Part shown: positions 13,510-24,092 of the stretch, one piece after another
How the letters are laid out: each line of letters begins with the position of its first letter
How positions within the stretch are numbered: position 1 is the first letter of the stretch
Source: Octopus sinensis
Lineage: Eukaryota
Assembly: GCF_006345805.1 (NCBI RefSeq)
Contig: NC_043002.1
Location: 84,816,001 to 84,880,000 of the forward strand
Reading direction: 5' to 3'
Length of the DNA: 64,000 nucleotides
The notes under the pieces: generated by a model
Databases searched by the model: none
The model's input: only the letters and a program-made list of their open reading frames with translations
What the model was told of the DNA's origin: nothing
Made by a program: the position numbers and the translations under genes

Positions 13510-14735
13510 ATGAAGAATCAAATAAATGTCCTCTGAAAAACTGGACTTCTTATTGGGTCTGTGCGAAACCAGAGTTGTTTATGTCGGGTCCAGGTCTGAC
13601 AAGAAAAGTGAAGGAATCATTGAAAGGTAGGAAGTTGGTAAATTCAACAGCAACAACTTATAGTTGTCGAAAAAATATGCGGAGCATGATTTATTCATCA
13701 CACAAACCGTTTTTCTCCGGCTTTACTGAAACAAAACATCATGGACGCATCCAGCTGAAAGCATTAGTATTTTATCGATTACGTCATCATCAAGAAAGAG
13801 GACAGATAGGAGGTTTAGTTAGCCAAAGCTATTTGTTGTACCGCTGGATTAAGCACAGTTTCATGATATTCGAATTCAATGTCCATATTCGTCCTATGAC
13901 TTATAAGAGTGAACGTCTCAAAATAGTTCCAGTGTCTATGAAAAAGAAACTCAAAGAAGACCTTGGCAGCAAACTGTGCAAATTAGAAGCTCAGTCAAAA
14001 AGAACTTTTAGAAGCTTATTTTGTTCAGTGTGGTACAAATACCTTAGCTACAGAATGTACAAGCCCCTGGCTAACTCACGTTTGCTCAGAGTTTACCAGA
14101 ATAACAGCTCACCATAATCCGTAAAGTATGCTGCCATTATGGTATATTTCGTCAGATGCAACACAGACAGTACAGTAAAAAGATTGACTAGAATCAGTCC
14201 TATGATTAGAATCAGCCCTAAAAAAAATACACGAAATAGTTTTTTGGCATTTTGCGATCTGTCTACGCCCTTAAGGTCTCTAGTTCATCACTGCTGCTAA
14301 TTGAGAACGGATCTGTATTTTTGATAGCGAAAAAAAAAATCCTTGATAGATGTGTGAAATATTTCCACAGTGCTCAGTTAATGAGACAGTAAATAGCCTA
14401 ACATGTTATTTGCTGACCTTTTGCTGAGGTTCTCGTCAAGAAGACATAGGTGCTCTAACCAGAAGCGTAGCGTCTGAACCTGACACCACTCCAGACGAGA
14501 TCAATAAGACTGACGATTCTTGCCTTATCTGAAGGTTCACTGAGCTCTTCCACACAGTGTAGCACCAGGAAGGTATTCTGTCGGAATTCAGAGATGATTC
14601 CTTGGCAGTCCATCTTTGCAGGACGAAAAGAAATAATCAGTGCAGCATCAGATTATGCTTTCGGTGTCAATCCTCACCTGAGTAATGTTGAACCGGTTGA
14701 TTGTCTAGCCTGAACAGAGCCTACCGTCTAAAAGG
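13510..14735 (+). mobile_element. Degraded RTE-clade LINE (APE endonuclease to start of RT)
   Basis: Remnants LGLCETR, EVGKFNSN, AEHDLFITQTVF, KTSWTHP, FIDYVII, then RFTELFHTV*HQEGI-SEFRD and VMLNRLI; many stops and frameshifts. Confidence 0.75.
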
Positions 14736-14890
14736 CAGACAGTTTAGAGCAGGGGCGTCAAACTCAATCGCACAGGGGGGCCAAAATTTACAGCACACTT
14801 TAAGTCGCGGGCCGAACAGGATAAAGATTTATTGAACAGGCTAAAACTTTTTGAACATGAACATATATTGAAACAGACGGTATAAAATTT

Positions 14891-15317
14891 GGATCTTTTC
14901 GGTTTGAACGGCAGTTTTTTAAAATAATTTTCACGTAACTAAACATTTTTAAACTTCGTATACTGGTAGAATGTGTTTATAAAACATCTTTTACTCTTGG
15001 ATTTATTGAGAAAATTCTATAGAAAATTCTAAGATATTTGTTGTTTTTTTCAATTTCTGCAATTTCAACCAATCAATGACGTCTATTGAGGTGAAAACAT
15101 TCTGTGCCGTATGAAAATGTCCCTCATTTAAGAAACAGATTGGGTTTATTTACATTTCTGAAGAAAAAAAGATACCCTTCCGCCACCCCTAACCCTAACT
15201 CTAACCCTAACCCTAAAATATATTGAAATACAATAGATCGATACTAGGGTCATAATTATGGGTGACAATTTCATATGACACCGCGAGAAAAAACTGCCGT
15301 TCAAACCGAAAACATCC
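14891..15317. mobile_element. 427-bp MITE with ~30-bp TIRs and 8-bp TSD (Merlin-like), containing (CCCTAA)5
   Basis: GGATCTTTTCGGTTTGAACGGCAGTTTTTT ... AAAAAACTGCCGTTCAAACCGAAAACATCC; TSD TAAAATTT at 14883-14890 and 15318-15325; telomere-type repeat at 15187-15216. Confidence 0.85.
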
Positions 15318-15404
15318 TAAAATTTTATTCCCAAAATAAATTTACTTTAACTTAAATTACTTAAAATATTTTGCTCTGCGTAAAAATATCTCCTATCAAA
15401 ATTC

Positions 15405-15440
15405 TAAAAATTTAAAATAAGAACATGTTGCAATGTGTGT

Positions 15441-15492
<52 letters not shown>

Positions 15493-15528
15493 ACACACAT
15501 TGCAACATGTTCTTATTTTAAATTTTTA
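15405..15528. repeat. Perfect 124-bp palindrome (41-bp arms around a (TA)n centre)
   Basis: 15405-15444 plus the first T of the run is the exact reverse complement of 15488-15528. Confidence 0.9.
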
Positions 15529-15529
15529 A

Positions 15530-15560
<31 letters not shown>

Positions 15561-15613
15561 ATAATGTGCTTTTTAGTGAAAATTAAAATGATAAATCAAA
15601 ACTTTCATTTTTC

Positions 15614-15929
15614 TTATGCAATTTTGTCCGAGCTGCATACTTCGCATCTTTTCTTGACAACGAATTGATTGATGATTGGGACAAGGTTCTGTGTTGCTAA
15701 GACTCTCAGGATGGATTGCAGGCGTTAATCCGTGAGACGACTCCTTTGTGACATTTTATTCATCTTCATCACAGAGACTATGTGCTTCTAAACAAAGACA
15801 GCGTTCGAGCTGCTGTAAACCGAGGTAGGGCATTGCTTCAGGTATGAAGCGAGTGAATTGTGCTGGCCCCACAAAGTCGTACTTTGCTTCTAATGTCCCA
15901 TTACACTGCAGCTCTCTCAGCTCCATTTG
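15614..15929 (-). pseudogene. hAT transposase C-terminal dimerisation-domain remnant
   Basis: QMELRELQCNGTLEAKYDFVGPAQFTRFIPEAMP / AARTLSLFRST / SVMKMNKMSQRSRLTD*RLQSILRVLATQNLVPIINQFVVKKRCEVCSSDKIA*; frameshifts and an in-frame stop. Confidence 0.85.
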
Positions 15930-16751
15930 TTTCTATTTGTTGTTGCTATCAAAACAGTGACTTGAAAGAAAGAGACCAAACTAGATGCCTTACAGTGTTT
16001 GGATTCACTTCCGTATTACTTGGGCAATATCATATATATATATGTAACACTCGTTTCGACACATCTAGCATCGATCCCTCACGAGTGGGACGTTCAACAA
16101 CTGGTTCAGGAGCATCCGGTGGTGCAGATGTATCTCGTCGGATGATAAGTAAATACAACTCGTTAATATAACAGTTCCGCCAATGTAACTTCTCGCCAGA
16201 AAGAAAAGCATCAAGGCGGAGGAAATATCTTCATTTATATAGAAGATCAAAAATAAAATCACGGATGGCAAAAAAGAGAAACGAACACGCAATCTATCAA
16301 GAAAATTATTGAAAATAACCGTTAACAAATATGGATGTATAAACGCCCTCGGGCAAGCTGCATGGCATGAGTACACTAGCTCATACAAGCATCCGCAAAA
16401 ATGTGAGCATATGCACATGTGAGGTATGGTGCACTCATGATCACAAAGCGAGTTAACTATCTACTTGGTGTTTGTAAGAATGGGGATACTAAGAGTAACC
16501 TTAAGTCACCCATACCTTAAAGTAAATTAGATTATGTTATCGGTTACTCAAAATTCATTCCCATGGAGCATGAAGTAGGTATTTCTTTATTTCATCACAT
16601 TTGTGTGATCTACACTACAGATTGAAGAGCGATAACTAATGAATTTACAAAGTCTAATCGTTCATCGATCTGGATTGTAAGTCACAGAAACATGCGTTAC
16701 AGATGAAATAAATACCAACTTCGTGGTTCATGATTCTCTCTCTTTATAAGT

Positions 16752-16823
<72 letters not shown>

Positions 16824-17155
16824 AAACACACATGTAAATGAATATAACTTGTTTTTATTGTCGTTCTTGCTTAGCTCGAAATCAGCTTTGATCAAGAGGG
16901 CCTCTGATCGAAGACACTTCACCCTTTCCTTTTCAAGTAACATATATCTCGGACCACATTAACCGATGTGTCCTTCCTTTTTTTTACTATTACTTTGAGG
17001 GGTATTTGGCAGGTATTTCTAGTAGGTCCAGTGACCACATAGAGACATGTAATACATCTTTGTTGTTTTATTGTTTTGGTGGCGTCTTAGTTGTAGTAAA
17101 GCACATCTTACTGGAACTTCTTTTGTTGTAATTGCCTTTTTGGTGGTGGTGTTAA

Positions 17156-17192
<37 letters not shown>

Positions 17193-17732
17193 CGTTGTTG
17201 TTGATATTGACGCTGTTCCTCTTGTTCGTCATTCCTTTGCTTCTTATCGTTGCCGAAGTCCTTGTTACTATTATTGTTTCAAAGGGATTTATAAACTAAA
17301 TCCCAAGTGCGCACATAAAACGCACACGTGGCGCGTGCGTACACATGCGCGCCCTCACACACACATTTGTTTTCAAGGGTCTGGTTATTTGAAACTACAA
17401 AACAAAAAAAAACGAGAAAAGAAAGAAAAAAGGATGTTCATCCCCAAAGTAATTTTTGACTTCCGTAGAGGCATCGCGTCACAATTGGTTTCCTCTCACT
17501 TTCTTCATTCTACTTTAAAACTTCAACCCTGTTTTCTCCTGATAAATCCGGCTTATTCACCCCTCCTCTTCTTCTCTTCCAGCTCCCATCCAAATACGAA
17601 CGTTATAACTGAAAAGGTTCTATACGATCGTACGACTCGCAAGATATAGCAGATTGTGTGGTCCTTAATGCATAAAATTACTGTATGGATACGGCGAGCG
17701 CGATGACCCTTGACAATAGCAGCAGCAACAGT

Positions 17733-18098
17733 GGAGGTGCAATGGCCCAATGGTTAGGGTAGCGGACTCGCGGTCGGAGGATCGCGGTTTCGATTCCCAG
17801 ACCGGGTGTTGTGTGTGTTTATAGAGCGAAAACACCTAAAGCTCCACGAGGCTCCGGCAGGGTGGTGGTGGCGACCGCTGTTGTACTCTTTCGCTCCAAC
17901 TTCCTCTCACTCTTTCTTCCTGTTTCTTGTCCTCGACTTCCTACGCAACCGCTGAGCCTGGATGCGCACTCATCCATCCGTCAATGCTCTCGGTGTCGGG
18001 GGTTGACCTGCTTTCTCTTCTGCGGGTCTTACGAATAGCAAAGGACCACGTTTCGGACTTCTCTCATCTTGCGAGCTCTGGGACGAAGACCGTTCGCT
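17733..18098 (+). mobile_element. tRNA-headed SINE family D, full length, possible TSD CAACAGT
   Basis: A box TGGCCCAATGG, B-box-like TTTCGATTCCC; CAACAGT at 17726-17732 and 18099-18105; 5' part repeated at 28848-29054. Confidence 0.85.
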
Positions 18099-18413
18099 CA
18101 ACAGTAACGGCAACAACAGCAACAGAAACAGCAGCAGCAACAATTACAACAACAACCACAACAACGATAATAATGCATTAGGTACCAACAAGTGAGCATC
18201 AAATTAATCATTCTGCCTTTTGAAAATATCAACTTTGAAATTTTGACATTTGAACTCAAGCAATATTTTCTGTCTTTCTGTTTGTCTGTCTCTCTCTCTC
18301 TCTCTTCTTCTCTCCTTACGTATATATATATATATATACACACACACATATATGTATATACATGTATCTATGCATGTAAGTATAACTACGTACATATATG
18401 TGTATATGTATAT

Positions 18414-18479
<66 letters not shown>

Positions 18480-18489
18480 TATATACACG

Positions 18490-19256
18490 TTGCAAGATTT
18501 TTTATGTGAAGTCGTGTGTTGAAACACGGAAAACAGACAAGTCATTCGAAGCCTTCAATCTTCAGTCAGAAACCGAATCATCATGGCAAATTTCGGCTGA
18601 TTAATTCTGATATTTGCTCCAACTCAGCCAGCCCCAAGGAAAAAACTAAGCTGTGAGCATTAGATTTCTTGGTAGAAGGAAATAATGTAAACGCAACAGA
18701 GACGAATATAAATACAAGAAACGAAAACAAAATTGAAAACAGTAATGGTTAGAAACAGGATAACAACGGGTGTCTTACGTCTTTAGACAAAATGAGACAA
18801 AAACAACTTATCAGCAGGCGTGGAAACAATTACCTTTTCGGCAGAGGGGACACATGTTGAGCGAGCCGCGATCGCCAACGGAATGGCTTGTGAAGCAGCA
18901 ATATATATATATATTGGAAGGTTTGGAGATGATGTACAGGTATTATATATTAGAAGAAATGAGGTAATCAGATCGGATGGTTCATATTTATAGATATTTA
19001 TTTATATATTACATTTTTTACATATATATATCATATCATTCAGATCATATCATTCAGATTATTAGCGCTTTCTCCCATTCCAGTGGGGTTTTCAAATCAA
19101 ATTTGATTTGAAAACCCCACTGGAATGGGAGAAAGCGCTAATAATCTGAATGATACGATCTGAATGATATGATATATATATGTAAAAAATGTAATATATA
19201 AATAAATATCTATAATATGAACCATCCGATCTTCTGATTACCTCATTTCTTCTAAT
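18490..19256. mobile_element. Probable Penelope-like terminal fragment ending in a 308-bp spacerless palindrome
   Basis: Lies between (TA)n runs with GAAGCCTTCAATCTTCAG and ATTTCGGCTG motifs (PLE call is inference); palindrome 18949-19256 is directly visible. Confidence 0.5.
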
Positions 19257-19388
19257 TATATATATATATATATATATAATATATATATATATATACATAC
19301 ATACATACATATATATGTGTGTATATATATATAATATAATATATATATATATATATTATATATATATATACATACATATATATGTGTG

Positions 19389-19426
<38 letters not shown>

Positions 19427-19820
19427 CAGTGTAAATTTAAACACATAAGAAATGTCCATCATAGGACTCCCTTACGCTGGAGGGAACAGCTAACGTCCAA
19501 ACCACTAATTAGGGATAAAATGTCTTATGTGTTTAAATGTACAATATATTTTATATGAATAATATATAGTCTATTGACTAATTTTTCTATACGCTAGGCC
19601 ACTGGTAGTAAAAATTTCTAAAATCTTTATTACCCTGATATTATTAATTTATTAATTATATATATATGTATATATATATATATATTATATATATATATAT
19701 ATAGTTGTATTTAGGAATGGTCATTTTGCCAGTTTAGCCAATAAAAACACACGCACTATATATTTGGTGTTACTTTGCTTCAGTGTTATTTATTTTTTAC
19801 ATTAATCTTAATCCCATTTC

Positions 19821-19865
19821 GGCCAGAGATCTTTCGTCACACTCCTGTGACCGCATCAGTGGTCC
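19821..19865 (-). ncRNA. Minimal type I hammerhead ribozyme in the PLE 3' repeat region
   Basis: Minus RNA: GGACCA [CUGAUG-CG] GUCAC-AGGAGU-GUGAC [GAA]AGAUCU C UGGCC; palindromic helix III AGAUCU; predicted cleavage after 19826; A9 position non-canonical. Confidence 0.7.
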
Positions 19866-20240
19866 TTTGTTTTCTCTTACTTATTTGTGTCTCTCCTTAC
19901 TAACCGTCAGCCATTTTGTATTTCTATTGTATGTCTTCATTTGCGCATGCTTATATCTCTATGTGCGTTTATGTTTATTAGTGTGTGTACGTGGGGATGC
20001 CTGTAATATTTGTATCTTCTGTTATATATGTTCATGTAATTTGTAATTTTATATGTTCATGTAATTGTATTTTGTATTTTTTTTGTTTATTCTTATTTGT
20101 CCATGTGTTTACATCCACCCATTATTATCATTACATATGCTTGTATGTATGTATGTATGTATGTATGTATGTATAACAACAAAATATTAGTAATAATAAT
20201 AATAAATTGAATCGAAATATATATATATATATATATATAC

Positions 20241-20322
<82 letters not shown>

Positions 20323-20404
20323 CATATACATATACATATATATATATATATAGTTATTTATTTCTATTAGTTTATTTATTTATTTATCTGTGTATTTATT
20401 GTTT

Positions 20405-21301
20405 TCAGGATCCTCTATCGTCATGTGTTGTGGTGTGTGTTAGTACTAGTTTTCTATTCAGGCTAGGTTTATTTTCTATTATGTGTGTAGCTTCTGTAAT
20501 TTGTCTAATTGTTACATCTGATCTATGTGTGGATAATATTTTAATTTCTATGTTATTGATTGATCCCCCGTGTTCTTGTTCGGCGTGTTGGTACAGAATC
20601 GATGATCTTTTACCTTCCCTGAGTTGTCTCCAATGCTCATTTACCCGCTCTCCTATGCTTCTTGCCGTTTCCCCTACGTATGTCGTTGTCTTGTTACTGC
20701 ATCGTCCCTCTATACATCTTATACTATAGACTACATTTCTGGCTTTACAGTTTGTTTGTGGGCTAAATCTACATACAGTACAGTATTTATCCGTACAGGG
20801 GGTTCTTCTAAAAGGATAGGTTCTACCAATTATAGATTTGATAGGGTTGCCTGGCTTTTCAACTACCTTAATTCTTAGCTTAAGTTTGTCTAGGGTCCTT
20901 CTAAGCGATACGCCAGTTCACCTCCAGGGGTGGTGTCAACGAACATGACACTCTGGTATTTATGGCTATCATACCAAGAGTTGGCCTCCCTATTTTCTTT
21001 TTGTCCTTTCTATAGTGTTCCATGACTTGTTCCTATAGAGTGGGCAAATACCATTCCTATCATTACATAATATATTATCAAATTTCTTAATGGCTCCTTT
21101 GTATACTCTGATCCTTTCTTTATGGCTGTAACCTGAGAACTGCATGCGGTGAATGAAAGATTGTATGTGTCTCTTTAACTCTGTGGGCTCGCACATGCAT
21201 GACACATTTCTCATTATTCTGACGAGGTCTGCCATTAAAATATTGAATTTGGCATTGTCCGCAATGGCTGAGTTCCGGTGGATCAAGTATTTTGAGGCCA
21301 T
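20405..21301 (-). pseudogene. Penelope-like RT C-terminus, Cys-rich linker and GIY-YIG endonuclease (one frameshift near 20900)
   Basis: ASKYLIHRNSAIADNAKFNILMADLVRIMRNVS...RMQFSGYS...PLYRNKSW; then SVMFVDTTPGGELA / IKVVEKPG...CTDKYCTVC...[12 protein letters not shown]...[16 protein letters not shown]...RQITEA..I....PSLN; stop at 20405-20407. Confidence 0.92.
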
Positions 21302-22306
21302 AGGGATAAAATGTCTTATGTGTTTAAATGTACAATGTATTTTATATGAATAATATATAGTCTATTGACTAATTTTTCTATACGCTAGGCCACTGGAAGT
21401 AAAAATTTCTAAAATCTTTATTACCCTGATATTAAATGAGATTTTTAGTAGTTTTGACCGCATTGGACCCTCTTAGCGTGTTGGTATCTACGAATAGTAG
21501 TACCCTCAATATAATATATATATGTATATATATATAACTGGGATGTGGATTTATGACAACGGTAATGATTTGCATGACAACGGAAAGGATAAAAATTCAG
21601 GCACGAATAAAGCTGTTTCATCAACCAGCTTTTTAGCCAGAGTGAGTACGATATCGGTGCTTGGGAGAGATGGGAACCAATCGTGTGGAAAGCGCCAAAG
21701 CAAAACGGACGCAAGGCTTACTACCGAAAGCAAGCAGAACAGAGACAAAAGATTGGTGCAGAAAGTAAGAACAAAGACAAAAGCAATGTTATTTCGATCT
21801 AAAATAGAGACTAACAGAGGGAGAGAGAGAGAGAGAGAGAGAGAGCAGTTGATCCATTACCACTAAATATGCTTAAATATAGTCTTACCAAAAACCAATT
21901 GTAGAGCAGAAAGAAAGGGACATAACTCAAAGCAACTATCGATAATCGATAATACTGGAGTGCATCTAATTTGCCTGTGCGTCTTTTGTGCCATCAAATA
22001 TATATATATATATATGACAGCACCGTTGGGTAATATTTATGCAATTTGGGTGAGAGAAAAACTGCACCGAGTCATATTTGATCGAAGGCACTACTTTATC
22101 GTTTCTCCATGATACCTACATCTTTCACTTATGTATATTGGCAAAAGCTACGTGCCCTCCACACATATGACCAAAACAATTCTAGCCGTAGCCATCATTG
22201 AAGACAGCAGGATATGGTCAAAAGGAAACTTAACTGCTATTTCTAATAATTCGTACTGCCAGAATAAAAACTCTTTCGTTTGATTCATGAGGTATAAAAA
22301 AGTAGC

Positions 22307-22380
<74 letters not shown>

Positions 22381-22382
<2 letters not shown>

Positions 22383-22935
22383 GCCCTGATGCAGTACCAG
22401 GCAGTGGCTCTTGTGGCTTCTGATCTTAACTGATTGGAAGTGTTATCATGTACATTGTTTTGTCTTGGTATAAAAGATGGGCTACAGCAAATATTCTGCT
22501 CAATACCACAGATTTTCTTGTCAGTTGTTTGACCTAACCTGTTGAGCATGTCCCTTAGTGACTGACGATATGTGCATCTCTGATCACAAGCAGAAGTAGT
22601 GGGGGAGCATCATAGCCATGTGTTGAGAGGGATTCTTTGGGGTTTTAATAATTCACCTCTGGAAACATGGGTGTTTCGTTCAACACCCTTAAACAACCCT
22701 TATTCAGGGACCTTTTGAGTGGAATGGGTTACTCGACCAGAAGATAGTTCTAACTGGGCCCCACATGCAAGGTCATTCGCTGTTTATTTTTATATGAGAT
22801 CACCATGTCGCGCACATATGGTTGTGATGCATGTACCTAGTGTACCCTAATCAGACAGGTAGTCATGATGTGTATACTGGGCTTCGCATATTTGACTCCA
22901 GTGTCCCTTTGATGGCATGCCCTGCTCTCTCACTC
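22381..22935 (+). mobile_element. ~555-bp non-coding interspersed repeat bounded by (AAT)n on both sides
   Basis: Homologous to 57267-57757; (AAT)n at 22308-22380 and 22936-23056; no tRNA A/B box or convincing ORF seen; strand assigned only from the (AAT)n tail. Confidence 0.85.
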
Positions 22936-23045
<110 letters not shown>

Positions 23046-23058
23046 TAATAATAATGAA

Positions 23059-23672
23059 AGTCGGTAGCTTGTACGCCGAGCAAAATGCTTAGCGGTATTT
23101 CGTCTGTCTTTACGTTCTGAGTTCAAATTCCACCGAGGTCGATAAATTAAGTACCAGTTACGCACTGGGGTCGATATAATCGACTTAATCCGTTTGTCTG
23201 TCCTTTTTTGTCCCTTCTGTGTTTAGCCCCTTGTGGGTAGTAAAGAAATAGGTATTTCGTCTGTTTTTACGTTCAAATTCCGCCGAGGTCGACTTTACTT
23301 TTCATCCTTTCGGGATCGATAAAATAAGCACCAGTTGAGCACTGGGTTCGATGTAATCCAAACTTACTGGCCTTGTGCCAAAATTTGAAATCAATGTATA
23401 TAAAATATACAAAAGCGTAGGCATGCACGCATGTATGTTCATGAAAGTACTATTTCTTTAAGTAAGTGATAAGCACAATATCTGAAATTTTGTTGAGAGG
23501 TGGTATAGTCAGTTATATCGACCCCAGTGTTCAACTTGTACTTACCTTAATGACCCTGAAAAGGATGAAAGGTAAAACCGACATCGGAGTCATTTGAACT
23601 CGGAACATAAAGTTGGAAAAATGCCACTAAGCAGGTTATTCGACTCTAACGATTCTGCCAGTTCACTGCCTT
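23059..23672. mobile_element. Three SINE B copies (+ 23059-23250, + 23251-23395, - 23480-23672)
   Basis: GAGTTCAAATTCC(A/G)CCGAGGTCGA and TTTCATCCTTTCGGGATCGATAAAA motifs. Confidence 0.85.
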
Positions 23673-23776
23673 CTTTATGAAGTGATAATAAGTTCTTCTG
23701 TGGTATCTGAATAATAATAAGTTCTTCTGGGCTCTAAAGTCTACGGGTGCCGACTGATTGAGAGCAGGACTTTAAA

Positions 23777-24092
23777 GACTCCGCCGGTTACGACGACGAG
23801 GGTCCCAGCTGATACGATCAACGGAACAGCTTGCTCGTGAAATTAACGTGCAAATGGCTGAGCATTCCACAGACACGTGTACCCTTAACGTAGTTCTCGG
23901 GGATAATCAGCGTGACACAGAGAGTGACAAGGCTGACCCTTTGAAATACAAGTACAACTCATTTTTGCCAGCTGGTGGACTGGAGCAACGTGAAATAAAG
24001 TGTCTTGCTCAAGGACACAACGCGTCGCCGGGAATCGAACTCACAACCTTACGATCATGAGCCGAATGCCCTAACCACTAAGCCACGCGCCC
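23777..24092 (-). mobile_element. tRNA-headed CORE-like SINE family C, full length
   Basis: Minus: GGCGCGTGGCTTAGTGGTTAG (A box), GAGTTCGATTCCC (B box), TGTGTCCTTGAGCAAGACACTT (CORE-like). Confidence 0.92.

Larger units (their letters stand above)
14750..16030 (-). mobile_element. hAT (Charlie/SPIN/GTF2IRD2-like) DNA transposon relic, 3' part with terminal inverted repeat
   Basis: TIR-like CAGGGGCGTCAAACTCA...GGGCC at 14750, preceded by GTTTAGAG; transposase C-terminus on minus strand at 15614-15929; second end not found. Confidence 0.8.
19430..21520 (-). mobile_element. 5'-truncated Penelope-like element with partial-tandem pLTRs
   Basis: Direct repeat 19510-19643 = 21301-21432 flanks an RT-thumb + GIY-YIG ORF; hammerhead in the 3' repeat region; short inverted copy near 19430-19450. 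Confidence 0.9.

Noticed and set aside
15187-15216. (CCCTAA)5 as a chromosome end or fusion relic
   Set aside because: Only five units, and they lie inside a TIR/TSD-bounded MITE
16050-16066. GTTTCGACACATCTAG as the second TIR of the hAT
   Set aside because: Poor match to GTTTGACGCCCCTG and no GTTTAGAG TSD follows
18545-18640. GGCTGA...TCAGCC-GAAA stem on the minus strand
   Set aside because: No CUGANGA-type 5' core precedes the stem, so it is not called a hammerhead
23990-24092. tRNA-like sequences with A and B boxes (also 17733, 47126, 56774)
   Set aside because: These are SINE heads that continue into CORE-like and tail domains without a complete acceptor stem; not tRNA genes
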